Notes: generated by a model from the letters alone, not told the origin. Shown: positions 41,642-50,960, counted from the stretch's first letter. The stretch: 64,000 bases of DNA from a virus (IMGVR_UViG_3300025608_000019:1775-65774); one strand, 5' to 3'. Numbers and translations: made by a program.

Positions 41642-43491
41642 TATCCTGTTGCTATTTTTCTAAATTTGTTAACATATGCTTTATTTCCCTTTCTATCTTT
41701 ATTACCATAAGCACTAGTATCAGATGTTTCGTTGATATCAACGCCATCATTTGGTGTTAAGTAAAATCTACCACGACCGGCATTAAACATCGATTCTATC
41801 TCTGCTCTATCTCTAGGTCTACCAGGTTTTAGTTTAATAGTAACTACCATTCTTTCTGGAAAATCTTGAACACCAGTACCTCCTTCAAATAATATATCAG
41901 TACTTTGGCATGCAAGATTACCAACAACTATGATAGGGTTAAGTGGATTCCCTACAGTAACATGCCATTGTCCGGTAGGATCTCCAGTAAGTAATGCGTT
42001 TACAGCTTGACCACCCTGTGGTGTATTAAACATTTTCATTAAACCACCACCTACTAAGTTATTTAAAAGTTTTGAATCTTTACCTTGTGTTAAGTTTTTT
42101 AATCCTTCTCCAACACTACTAAACATTTTACCCATGTCTTTCATTATAGATCCCATAAATCCAGCGTAATCTCCACTTCGTAGTTTTTTAAGATCTCCTA
42201 AAGGTCTTGCTGCTCCTCCTCCACCAGTATATCGAACTGCTCCTCCCCAAAAGGGTGCAGTATTAGAAGTTAGTGCTAATATGTTTGCAAGTTGATCGAG
42301 CATCATAATCTTAGGATTAACTCCACCAAAACTCCTTAGTTCATATGTAAATTTAAGAGTAAATTCCTGTTCAAACGTAAGTCCTTTTTCTCTAACTAAA
42401 GTATCTTTAATAACGTTAAGTGGCCCAAATACATGGTTAGGATACGTGTCTTTAAATGCATCATATCCTGAATTTGCTTCTTGTGAACTTGAAGCAACTG
42501 CATCTTTACCAGCACTTGCATTTGAAGCGGCTGAAAGAAACGTACTACCGTTTACAAGCCCTCCAAGTTTACCACCACTCTGTCCTCTCTTACTTTGCAG
42601 CGTCTGTACATCGGCCTCTGAAGCCTTCCATTTATATCCATGGCTAAACTTAAGAATATCCTCTATTTTATTTCCAGGAGCCTCTCCAAGATATGTAATT
42701 GCTCTTGCGATATCAGGGTGCTTATTGTCTATCATAGCTCCATTTTCTCCTAATACCTTAGGTGTAATTATATCGTCAGTTACTGGAAATGCAAATCTCC
42801 TAAGAGTAATCATTTGGTTGTTTGGTATTCTACCATAGTATTTTACCAATGCAAAATCAGAGTAATCATATAGATATCCATAGTTTTCGCTGACTGCACT
42901 CGTTACTTCAATAATTTTAGTAGCTGTTGGATTTGCTAATTCTCCTTGATCTATTTTATGATATTTTCCACTAGCTGAATTACTTCCTTCAGCGTCTCCA
43001 GTTAATGGATTACCTCTATAATTAGCTAACGAAAATCTATTAAAAATAGAATATGGTTTCGCTCCTTCATTAATTTCAGCACCTTTTGTCGTACCGTCTT
43101 TATTGTGTCCTTTCTTAGCTGTTCCTCCTGCAGCAGTGGAAGTGTATTTCATAGAGTCAACATCCTTTGAATAGTAAGTTCCTTTAGTATCGCTCGCTTC
43201 AGCAAATGTAAGAGGTTTTGAGTAGATTTTTCCTTCAGGTGAGTTTGGTTCTAGAACTGCACTACCCTTAATAATGTTCTTGATATTAGATCGTACAAAA
43301 GAATTGACAACGCCATCTGGATTTTCAAGATCAACTAGTGTCCAATCGACACCTGAGTCTTTTTTAATGCTATCGTTTAAATCTTGCTCTTCTTGGCTGA
43401 TTGGCTCCGGATCGTAAGAAATACCTAATGCATCCTTGGTGGCTTTTATGCTGCCCTTACCAAGATCGTTTGAAAAACTTTTGAATCCCAT
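41641..43491 (-). CDS. Baseplate tail-tube cap/initiator-like protein
   Basis: 616 aa; upstream of the gp53-like gene; GNPLNPIIVVGNL.C...FPERMVVTIKLKP tube-initiator-like C-terminus. Confidence 0.4.
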   Translation of the reverse strand: MGFKSFSNDLGKGSIKATKDALGISYDPEPISQEEQDLNDSIKKDSGVDWTLVDLENPDGVVNSFVRSNIKNIIKGSAVLEPNSPEGKIYSKPLTFAEASDTKGTYYSKDVDSMKYTSTAAGGTAKKGHNKDGTTKGAEINEGAKPYSIFNRFSLANYRGNPLTGDAEGSNSASGKYHKIDQGELANPTATKIIEVTSAVSENYGYLYDYSDFALVKYYGRIPNNQMITLRRFAFPVTDDIITPKVLGENGAMIDNKHPDIARAITYLGEAPGNKIEDILKFSHGYKWKASEADVQTLQSKRGQSGGKLGGLVNGSTFLSAASNASAGKDAVASSSQEANSGYDAFKDTYPNHVFGPLNVIKDTLVREKGLTFEQEFTLKFTYELRSFGGVNPKIMMLDQLANILALTSNTAPFWGGAVRYTGGGGAARPLGDLKKLRSGDYAGFMGSIMKDMGKMFSSVGEGLKNLTQGKDSKLLNNLVGGGLMKMFNTPQGGQAVNALLTGDPTGQWHVTVGNPLNPIIVVGNLACQSTDILFEGGTGVQDFPERMVVTIKLKPGRPRDRAEIESMFNAGRGRFYLTPNDGVDINETSDTSAYGNKDRKGNKAYVNKFRKIATG

Positions 43492-43536
43492 ATATAGTAG
43501 ATATATTTATTTTTTATATATATCCACATTATCTAG

Positions 43537-44124
43537 TTATTCTAAATCGTCTAGCTCTACGGACTTTGGTTTAAATAATAATTTGTTAAAATATTCAGAG
43601 TTTCCGTCTAATCTATCCCCTAAGAATTTTTTAAGATGTGCCTCAAAAACACCCCGACTCTTATAGAAATACTTACCCTTAGAATACGTTGATCTATTAG
43701 ATAGTTCGAATAGTTCTTTAAACTTCTTCTCTATTAAGAAATCTTGTATGTTGTTATATAACGTATTTATTTCATCGTATGTCCTAGCGCACATTACTGA
43801 ATCAACTACTAATAAATACGAATCCCATTTAGAATTAATTTGATCCTCTAATTCCTTACGCGTTTTAAATCTTTTTCTTGATAAATTAAATTTAGTATAT
43901 CCACCACTGAAAGATTTATCGTATTTCATGCCAAACATATACCTTTTTAAAAAGTCTAAGTCATCATAAAATCTAGTAATTCTAATTTGATATCTTGGCA
44001 TTTTGTCATTAAATTCAACATCATGAATAAATGCTCTTACCGGTATTAATACGTTTGGGAATTTAGAATTAGTTATTAAGGTATGTATATGATCACCCTT
44101 TGAAAATAATTTATGTCTAATCAT
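43537..44124 (-). CDS. Hypothetical protein
   Basis: 195 aa, basic; overlaps the upstream ORF. Confidence 0.65.
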   Translation of the reverse strand: MIRHKLFSKGDHIHTLITNSKFPNVLIPVRAFIHDVEFNDKMPRYQIRITRFYDDLDFLKRYMFGMKYDKSFSGGYTKFNLSRKRFKTRKELEDQINSKWDSYLLVVDSVMCARTYDEINTLYNNIQDFLIEKKFKELFELSNRSTYSKGKYFYKSRGVFEAHLKKFLGDRLDGNSEYFNKLLFKPKSVELDDLE

Positions 44125-44518
44125 TTTTTATAAACTTAACACTCTCGAATTGACTGAGAACGCCGTCTTGTGGGTAATCCTCCCTGTCAATAATAACTAA
44201 AGAAATTTTGGTATCTTCTTCTGAAACAGTAGAAACATATGAAATAAAGTTTGACACTGTTTCTCTATCTAGATTTTTAAATGAGTATATCAGCTTACCG
44301 TGATTCTGTTGAGTGAAGAATCTATTAATATCTGACATTATTGTAAGACCAACAACAGAATCGCTAGGATCTTCTGAATAAGGATCTGCCTTCATGAGCT
44401 TATTTTTAATAGAAACGTGATCTACGATCTTAGTTGATTTTCGATCAACGTCTCTAATAAATTTATTAAAATCTCTTTTTGAAGAACACCATACGCATTC
44501 TATTATTTGTTTAGTCAT
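44117..44518 (-). CDS. Hypothetical protein
   Basis: 133 aa; packed within the operon. Confidence 0.65.
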   Translation of the reverse strand: MTKQIIECVWCSSKRDFNKFIRDVDRKSTKIVDHVSIKNKLMKADPYSEDPSDSVVGLTIMSDINRFFTQQNHGKLIYSFKNLDRETVSNFISYVSTVSEEDTKISLVIIDREDYPQDGVLSQFESVKFIKND

Positions 44519-44523
44519 TTAAA

Positions 44524-44832
44524 TTATAGCACACTCTTCAACATATCTAATTGAACCTGAAGATTGCTTATTTTTTCTAAAGCCTCTTTTGGATTTGGTT
44601 TGTAATGCGTACCCCATCCTAATGAAACTTGTATTTGATTTTTACTTTTAGAATTACCAAAGGATAAACCAATATCCATACATAATTCTTCAATAAATTT
44701 TATTTTGTCTTCATTTGTATCGAACTCATAAACGTTGGTCGACTCAAATGATTCGCCAGCAGCATTAATATTATCATCAACTACCGTCTTAATAACTCCG
44801 TTATCTGCTAGCGTTATTTTAACCGTCTGCAT
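44524..44832 (-). CDS. Hypothetical protein
   Basis: 102 aa; overlaps the upstream ORF. Confidence 0.65.
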   Translation of the reverse strand: MQTVKITLADNGVIKTVVDDNINAAGESFESTNVYEFDTNEDKIKFIEELCMDIGLSFGNSKSKNQIQVSLGWGTHYKPNPKEALEKISNLQVQLDMLKSVL

Positions 44833-45211
44833 TTAATCTTTGTTGTAAAGATAATTGAGCCTCTTTTCTTAATTTTTTAGCTTCTTTTTTATCTTCTCTG
44901 TAAGATTCTTTATTTTTTATAGAGTCAATCGCAAACGCCTCCTCTAATTTTTTGATTTCTTCAGCATTATAGCCAATATTTGACCATGTTTCTTTTGCTG
45001 AATCTAATTTAATTTGTAATTGATGTTCGATATTTTCTTGAACCCTGTCAGTATGTGCCTCATGCGCTAATTTTCCGTCAGCTGCCATTTTAGCATACCA
45101 TGCGATCCCTTGTGAAGAGAATCTACCATACATGTTTTTTATCTTTAAATACCCTGCAGCTCTAAACTGTCCTCTTCTTTGTCTTCTTGATTGTGTTGTT
45201 CCTTTACTCAT
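44819..45211 (-). CDS. Hypothetical basic protein
   Basis: 130 aa; Arg-rich N-terminus SRRQRRGQFR. Confidence 0.65.
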   Translation of the reverse strand: MSKGTTQSRRQRRGQFRAAGYLKIKNMYGRFSSQGIAWYAKMAADGKLAHEAHTDRVQENIEHQLQIKLDSAKETWSNIGYNAEEIKKLEEAFAIDSIKNKESYREDKKEAKKLRKEAQLSLQQRLNADG

Positions 45212-45707
45212 TGTAGTATTTGTTTATAAAATTAGTTACTTCTATTGTTAAATATTCTTGTAGTTTATTTATCTCAATTTTCGAGACTGCAACTTTTGCT
45301 ATCACGTTAATTAATTCTTGTGGATCTTCATCAGCGCTATTTACCAACATGCTATATATGTCTTTATTTGGTATATTTAAATTTAGCGTTGTTTCAAATT
45401 TCTCAATATTCTTTTTTGATAACTTCTCGACCAATTCTTCGATTGCAGATACTTCTACTACTTTTTCAGTAGCTTTAACCTCGACCGGTTTAGTAGCTGG
45501 TTTCGTTTTGATATCACTCGTTTTAGGAAAAGGAATTACATTATCAATAATAGGCTCTAAAAATTCAGGTTGTGCTTCTTTAAATATTTTAGATCCTCCT
45601 TTAAAATAATAAAATTTAGAATCTTCAGACTCAACCGTCTCTATATTTCCAAATTTATCTCCTTTTTTCCATTGAAATTGTTTCAACTTAGTTTTAGTGT
45701 CAGGCAT
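45204..45707 (-). CDS. Hypothetical protein
   Basis: Start re-called at MPDTKTKL (45707) behind an A-rich leader; this removes a 53-bp overlap with the upstream ORF. Confidence 0.6.
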   Translation of the reverse strand: MPDTKTKLKQFQWKKGDKFGNIETVESEDSKFYYFKGGSKIFKEAQPEFLEPIIDNVIPFPKTSDIKTKPATKPVEVKATEKVVEVSAIEELVEKLSKKNIEKFETTLNLNIPNKDIYSMLVNSADEDPQELINVIAKVAVSKIEINKLQEYLTIEVTNFINKYYNE

Positions 45708-45732
45708 TATGTTGTTATTTTTATAATTATAT

Positions 45733-45954
45733 TCATTTTTTTGAAATTGTTTCCAAAACGATTTCAGTAAACTCAGTATTCTCATTTTTAAAATATTTTT
45801 TACAGAATGTATCTATGAAGTTAGAAGATTCAACACTACCAATATATGCGTCTGTTTTTCTAATATAAGTTCTATAGAATTCATGACTCCCTTTTTCTTT
45901 TAATGAAGATTTTAAAACTTCAATTTCTGGTAAATATCTTTTATTAATGCTCAT
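45733..45954 (-). CDS. Hypothetical protein
   Basis: 73 aa; overlaps the dCMP deaminase stop. Confidence 0.55.
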   Translation of the reverse strand: MSINKRYLPEIEVLKSSLKEKGSHEFYRTYIRKTDAYIGSVESSNFIDTFCKKYFKNENTEFTEIVLETISKK

Positions 45955-46366
45955 TCCATGCGTTTACTTGTTCAACAATAATTCCTGCACGCTGTAGTAA
46001 TTCAACGCCTCCCATATCTCTATAATCTTCAGTGTAATACACTTTTGAAATACCTGCTTGTATAATTAACTTTGCACATCCAAAACAGGGACATGTTGTC
46101 GTAAATAATTTAGCTCCTTCGCAACTCATTGTAGATTTCGCAACCTTCATGATTGCGTTTGATTCTGCATGTAGTACTTCAGGTTTTGTTGTGTTATCTA
46201 TCTCACAAGTGTTATCGAAGCCATGAGGCATTCCATTATATCCAAACGATATTACTTGATGATCTTTCACAATGATGCAACCGACTTTACGTCTTTCAGC
46301 ATAACTCAATTTAGAAAACTGGTATGCTACTTGCATGTATGATATATTTATCGGTATTCTAGGCAT
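45944..46366 (-). CDS. cd: dCMP deaminase (ComEB/T4 Cd family)
   Basis: KVGCIIV, GYNG.PHG, HAESNAI, PCFGCAKLIIQAGI. Confidence 0.95.
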   Translation of the reverse strand: MPRIPINISYMQVAYQFSKLSYAERRKVGCIIVKDHQVISFGYNGMPHGFDNTCEIDNTTKPEVLHAESNAIMKVAKSTMSCEGAKLFTTTCPCFGCAKLIIQAGISKVYYTEDYRDMGGVELLQRAGIIVEQVNAWNEH

Positions 46367-46368
46367 AA

Positions 46369-46406
46369 AAAAAGTCTATATATGTTATATTATATATAGA
46401 CTTTTT
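46369..46406. terminator. 15-bp perfect inverted repeat; probable bidirectional terminator overlapping TATATA boxes
   Basis: aaaaagtctatatat-gttatatt-atatatagacttttt. Confidence 0.6.
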
Positions 46407-46428
46407 AAAAAGTTTAGTTTTTAGAAAA

Positions 46429-46905
46429 TTAATCTTCTAATTCAGCACCGGGTGCGTTAGATGATTCTTTCATTTCGCTCATTTTCTTCGTGTAAGCTTC
46501 AACCATTTGGTTTAAACATGCTTCATACGCTTCACTTGAACTTTCATTCTTCATTTCCTTAAGAGTATTTGCAGCAAGTGTAGCTACAAGTGCAGCGTTT
46601 TCAATCATATATGTTTCTATTGTATGATCGTCATGTGCATCTGATTCCCAAACGCCTGCTTCTTCTTTAACTCCTGCGTAACAGTTTTCTAGCATTTCAG
46701 AAACCGGAATTGATTCTTCTTCGTTAGCTTCTTCAGATTCTTCTTCGTTTAATGATGATTCGTTTGCTTGAACTTCTTCAGCCTCGTCCTCTACTTCTTC
46801 AACATCTTTTCCTTCTGGTTCTCCAGCTTGTACGATGCCGTCTTCGATTTCTTCAGATCTGTCCATCTCTGCAACATACTGTTCAAATGATTTTAATTTT
46901 GCCAT
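46429..46905 (-). CDS. Acidic head-internal / prohead-core-like protein
   Basis: MAKLKSFEQYVAE N-terminus; extremely Glu-rich; GATATATA upstream. Confidence 0.65.
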   Translation of the reverse strand: MAKLKSFEQYVAEMDRSEEIEDGIVQAGEPEGKDVEEVEDEAEEVQANESSLNEEESEEANEEESIPVSEMLENCYAGVKEEAGVWESDAHDDHTIETYMIENAALVATLAANTLKEMKNESSSEAYEACLNQMVEAYTKKMSEMKESSNAPGAELED

Positions 46906-46948
46906 GATTTATATTATTTTATTATATTTTAATTATATATCTATTAAA

Positions 46949-47572
46949 TTAATTTGATTTAACCAGCTTCCAACCCTTAACGCTCTTTTTAGCATTAAAA
47001 ATTATGAGCGCGTCTAAATCTTGTTGAAAGTCTCTAGGGTCATAATCGACATATACAGCACCTACAAATCCGTTCTTAATTAAGAGCTTAGTTCCTTCAA
47101 GTTTCATTACTTGATCTGCAGAAGGATTACCTACAATTTCAGTCTCCCATTCTTGAGTGTCTAATCCGTTATCTTGAAATAACTTTTGGATTCTATCCTC
47201 AAAGACATCGCAAATCTTTCCACTAATCTTCGCAGAATATTGATAGGCTCCTCCGTTCTCTATCATATTAGCGTACCATCCATCGTCTGAATGTTCCTGT
47301 TCTAATGCAAACCACATTGGTCTATTATTAAGAGCCTTGATAGGTTCTCCAGCAACATGATACACTTGGTCAGTTACTTTCTCATTTTTAATGTAAGGAC
47401 TTTGATAGTTTTCTTCATTTAGAGATTCTCCAAGTACTGGTTCATTATCATGTCCACATTCATGGCATATATATAAATCATCTCCACCATCCTGTGACAT
47501 CCATTTCCAGCCACAATTATCGCATTCAATATGATTAGCTGTAAATTCTTCAAATAGTTTTACTTTTTTCAT
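46949..47572 (-). CDS. Capsid-targeted Zn-ribbon + ADP-ribosyltransferase-like (ART-PolyVal-like) protein
   Basis: MKKVKLFEEF; CDNC...CHEC; SLNE; then VYH...MWFALE...YQYSAKISG...NGFVGAVY...LIIFNAKKSV. Confidence 0.6.
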   Translation of the reverse strand: MKKVKLFEEFTANHIECDNCGWKWMSQDGGDDLYICHECGHDNEPVLGESLNEENYQSPYIKNEKVTDQVYHVAGEPIKALNNRPMWFALEQEHSDDGWYANMIENGGAYQYSAKISGKICDVFEDRIQKLFQDNGLDTQEWETEIVGNPSADQVMKLEGTKLLIKNGFVGAVYVDYDPRDFQQDLDALIIFNAKKSVKGWKLVKSN

Positions 47573-47760
47573 TAATAACCTACGCTATTTTTTACTGCAT
47601 TCTTAATCGCAACATCTTTTAAAAATTCTATATGATCTTCATCATCAGAATCCTCTTTATCTCCATAATTAACCTTAGGAATTATAGACTTATCGTCGTT
47701 TACAGAATCTTTATTTTTCTTTGATTCTATAAAATTATCGAATAGTTTAACATGTTTCAT
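47572..47760 (-). CDS. Small capsid-targeted peptide
   Basis: MKHVKLFDNFIES; coupled TAATG junction. Confidence 0.6.
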   Translation of the reverse strand: MKHVKLFDNFIESKKNKDSVNDDKSIIPKVNYGDKEDSDDEDHIEFLKDVAIKNAVKNSVGY

Positions 47761-48107
47761 TGTTTGTATATCTTTATTTTAAGATCTCCATTTCCAGGTA
47801 TTAATCTATGGATAGTTCCTTTGGGTATTTGAATGTCTATATTAGGTCGCATTTGTATTGGTAGTTCATTGTCATATTGAAACCTCCAACCTGAGTTTTC
47901 TAATACTTCTACTATTCGGTCTTCAGGATCTGCGTGCCATTTATATAAATGATCTGGATGCCCTGTTGTAAACTCTCTGATAACCTCAGTTTCAGATATA
48001 ATAGTTTCAATAAAGGGTTTTGTGTAATCGTCGATGTTTTGAATCATTTCATCGAATGATTCTTTACCACATTTACAAGATTCACATTTACAATCCTTTT
48101 TTACCAT
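47757..48107 (-). CDS. Cupin-fold protein with N-terminal Cys cluster
   Basis: CKCESCKC; WHADPEDR...IPKGTIHRLIPG cupin motifs. Confidence 0.7.
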   Translation of the reverse strand: MVKKDCKCESCKCGKESFDEMIQNIDDYTKPFIETIISETEVIREFTTGHPDHLYKWHADPEDRIVEVLENSGWRFQYDNELPIQMRPNIDIQIPKGTIHRLIPGNGDLKIKIYKQ

Positions 48108-48640
48108 GGTTGATCAGATTTTATTCCTAATTGTTTTGAAAATAGTGTAGGTCCATAGCATGCCCAGAATCCAGCTTTCATTGGATCCATTTTAGCTGCC
48201 TTATCGCAACCATGTCTAGCCCAAAAATTAGCAGCCCTTCCAGGATCATCATTTTTTACAGTAGTTGAAGGATCTCCCCATTCAATTTTCTTAGCAATGA
48301 TGTTTCCTTCTTTATCAGTTTTACCTGAGTTACGATATACTATAAACTTAGCCTTACCACCCCTTGATGGTGTATCTAGTTTAACTTTAGTTTGATTACC
48401 ACCTCTTGGTTTATAAACAGCGTCAGTACCTACTTCTAAGTTTTTAGCCATCCATCCACTTGGTCCTTTAAGAATAATATTACCCTTATCCCAGTATTGT
48501 TTAACCTCTTCGAATAGTTCAGTGTATTTGTCGCTACCTAATCTAAAAAGAGAATTAGTTAAATCTAAATCTTCTTCTAAATGTGCCTTTAATTCTGGAG
48601 ATACGTTACTCCAATTTTCAAATGTTTTTACAAATTTCAT
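48101..48640 (-). CDS. Capsid-targeted protein, DUF6321-like C-terminal domain
   Basis: MKFVKTFENW; KKIEWGDP..TVKNDDPGRAANFWARHGCD...KAGFWAC (family name from memory). Confidence 0.55.
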   Translation of the reverse strand: MKFVKTFENWSNVSPELKAHLEEDLDLTNSLFRLGSDKYTELFEEVKQYWDKGNIILKGPSGWMAKNLEVGTDAVYKPRGGNQTKVKLDTPSRGGKAKFIVYRNSGKTDKEGNIIAKKIEWGDPSTTVKNDDPGRAANFWARHGCDKAAKMDPMKAGFWACYGPTLFSKQLGIKSDQPW

Positions 48641-48981
48641 TAGTCTTCAAATTTATATGGGAGTTTCTTATCATGACCACCGTCTCTGACTTCTTTTGCG
48701 ACATCAGAATCAGCTCCTCCCCAAGTTCCTTTTCCTTTTTCTAAAAATGAATTTACTCTTGCGTATCCCCATCCTTCTTGTGTCATTCCCGGATGATGTC
48801 CACTATTCCAAGCGTCCATTCCACGTCTCATTATAATTCTAAGAATTGGTAGTGGTACTCCGCTTTCTTTAGATTTATTTTTAAGACCAGTTTCTACACC
48901 CTTACCTTTAAGTGGACCTCTATCGCCTTTGGCTTTTTCAGCCTCGTTGATGAATTGTTCGAAAAGTTTTATGTGTTTCAT
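48640..48981 (-). CDS. Capsid-targeted protein, DUF5824-like domain
   Basis: MKHIKLFEQFINE; LKNKSKESGVPL.IL..IMRRGMDAWNSGHHPGMTQEGWGYARVNSF (family name from memory). Confidence 0.55.
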   Translation of the reverse strand: MKHIKLFEQFINEAEKAKGDRGPLKGKGVETGLKNKSKESGVPLPILRIIMRRGMDAWNSGHHPGMTQEGWGYARVNSFLEKGKGTWGGADSDVAKEVRDGGHDKKLPYKFED

Positions 48982-50006
48982 TTAATTATAGTTTGTTTTC
49001 CATCAATGACGTCTTGATAATTTACCCTACCCTTAGATCTTTTAATTTGATCTTCGTTTTCTTTTAAATTTATTTTATAAATTGGCCTGATATACTCCTC
49101 GTTTAAATAAGTTTTAAATTCTTGAGGTAATTGTTCTCCATAAAAATTCTCGTATACTGCAACATAAACTCTAGCAAGCTTATCTGCTGCCATTCCTGAC
49201 GCTGAATTAACTTCAGCAACCCAACAGTCTCCAGATTTATCTATCATTAAATCAATTGACCAAAGTCCAAGTTTTAATTTCTTTCTAATCTCTTTACAGA
49301 TCTCATTTATTCTATCTATAAAATCTAATTTGTCCATATCCTGATCTACGTAGGTAAATTCAGTTTTCTCATCAGATTCTTTATCTTTAATTTCATTTTC
49401 ACTTGCAGATACTCTCTCATGAATTAGCGCTATTGTGTCTTTAACTATTAAAACTCTAAATTCAGTATCAAGATCTTTGGCTTCTGAATAATTTTCAAAT
49501 TCACCTTTACTTTTTTCTAAGTCTTCATACGTATCAAAAATCTCAATACCAACTCCTGAATGTCCGTCGTCTGGCTTTGCAATCACAGGAAATTCTAAAT
49601 CTTTTGCATCTTCTTTTTTATAAACAGAATTCGGCATAAAATCAGAATCTTGAAACATTTTATAAAATTTAGTTTTATTACCACTAACTTTCATATCAAC
49701 CGGGAGATTATACATAACATCCTCTTCTATATCATACTTCTCTAGAAAATCTAAACCACTCGATCCTGCGTAATAAATGAAGGGTAGTTCTGTGTTTATT
49801 TCTAAATCGCTTGCATAATCTTTTTCCGCGTAAAAGTCATTATATAACTCAATTAAACAATTCTCAGTTATGTCTCCATAGATACTACTTTTGGTTCCAG
49901 TAATATCTGATACATCCTTTCCTCCCATTAGAAAGTTAACTTTTTTTAGATAATCTTTATTAGACTTTTCTAAAATATACTCTTCATATAATTTTATACG
50001 CTTCAT
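48978..50006 (-). CDS. RimK-like ATP-grasp peptide ligase with capsid-targeting-like N-terminus
   Basis: MKRIKLYEEYILE; GNK, FPVIAKPDDGHSGVGI, EFRVLIV, GLWSIDL, WVAEVNSASG. Confidence 0.8.
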   Translation of the reverse strand: MKRIKLYEEYILEKSNKDYLKKVNFLMGGKDVSDITGTKSSIYGDITENCLIELYNDFYAEKDYASDLEINTELPFIYYAGSSGLDFLEKYDIEEDVMYNLPVDMKVSGNKTKFYKMFQDSDFMPNSVYKKEDAKDLEFPVIAKPDDGHSGVGIEIFDTYEDLEKSKGEFENYSEAKDLDTEFRVLIVKDTIALIHERVSASENEIKDKESDEKTEFTYVDQDMDKLDFIDRINEICKEIRKKLKLGLWSIDLMIDKSGDCWVAEVNSASGMAADKLARVYVAVYENFYGEQLPQEFKTYLNEEYIRPIYKINLKENEDQIKRSKGRVNYQDVIDGKQTIIK

Positions 50007-50036
50007 TCTCTATTTATATATTTATTAGTTATATAT

Positions 50037-50960
50037 CTAAGATAAAACCACGTCTAAATATTCTTTGCGATATTTGATTAGTGCAAGTTCTTTTGCTTTT
50101 ACTTCGAGTTCGATATCTAAGTCCATTCCGTATGTTTCAATACGTTCGTATAAATAATCAGCGTGTGCACGAATAATTGCAGTTTCGTCTTCGTGCAGTT
50201 TTTTAGCACTTGAATAATGGCATAGTTGTCTGATTCCAGAAGGCCAAGTAGTTGCTGCTAGTTTTAGTGCATCTTCTTCAGGCATAGGGTCATTGTAACA
50301 TCTGTGATGATGGTAATCGAATGTGATTGGTGTTCCTATTTGTTTGTAGATTTCGTATAAATCTGAGACTGAATACTGTGCTGGTTTGTCGTCGTTTTCT
50401 AGAACTAGTCGATTCTGAGCAGACTTAGATAATCTTTTAAAGTTCGTAACAAATCTTTGCATTGCAGCTTCTTTATCGCCGTATGAACCGCCAAGATGTA
50501 TGTTCATAGAATACGTTTGATTTTGAGGAAGACCCATCAAATCTAGTACTTGAGCTGATTTATCGAGTTCATCAATAGTGTTTTCAACAACATTAGGACT
50601 AGGGCTTGGTAAAACACAAAACTGACCCGGATGAAAGCCAATTCTTTGACCACTATCCATTGCTAATTTGCCAGCTGTTTCTAGTAATTGTTTAATCTTT
50701 TTAAAGTTTGGTAAATCAGATAGCTCGTATTCCGACATCCATGGAAACATATTAGAAGACATTCGGTATAAGTTAATACCGTTTTGTGTATTCCATTTAA
50801 GAATTTCGATCATGTCCGTGAGGTTAGCTTCCGCTAATTCACCAGCGTATTCGATGCCTTTGGCTTTAAATGTACGTTTTATCATGGATCTTCCAATCTT
50901 AATTCCACGTTCTTTTTCTAGTGTTAGGTTAATACAGCAATATCCGTAATTTGTAGCCAT
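50037..50960 (-). CDS. uvsE: UV-damage endonuclease (UvsE/UvdE)
   Basis: GYCCIN, LYRMSS.MFPW, RIGFHPGQF.VL.SP, NIHLGG.YGDK, RLVLENDD, TFDYHHH, HYSS, HADY, LEVKAKE. Confidence 0.93.
   Translation of the reverse strand: MATNYGYCCINLTLEKERGIKIGRSMIKRTFKAKGIEYAGELAEANLTDMIEILKWNTQNGINLYRMSSNMFPWMSEYELSDLPNFKKIKQLLETAGKLAMDSGQRIGFHPGQFCVLPSPSPNVVENTIDELDKSAQVLDLMGLPQNQTYSMNIHLGGSYGDKEAAMQRFVTNFKRLSKSAQNRLVLENDDKPAQYSVSDLYEIYKQIGTPITFDYHHHRCYNDPMPEEDALKLAATTWPSGIRQLCHYSSAKKLHEDETAIIRAHADYLYERIETYGMDLDIELEVKAKELALIKYRKEYLDVVLS

Noticed and set aside
45708-45785. N-terminal extension of ORF 45204-45785 (and of 56207-56443)
   Set aside because: The extensions overlap upstream genes or contain the promoter-like box; downstream ATGs with A-rich leaders are more plausible.
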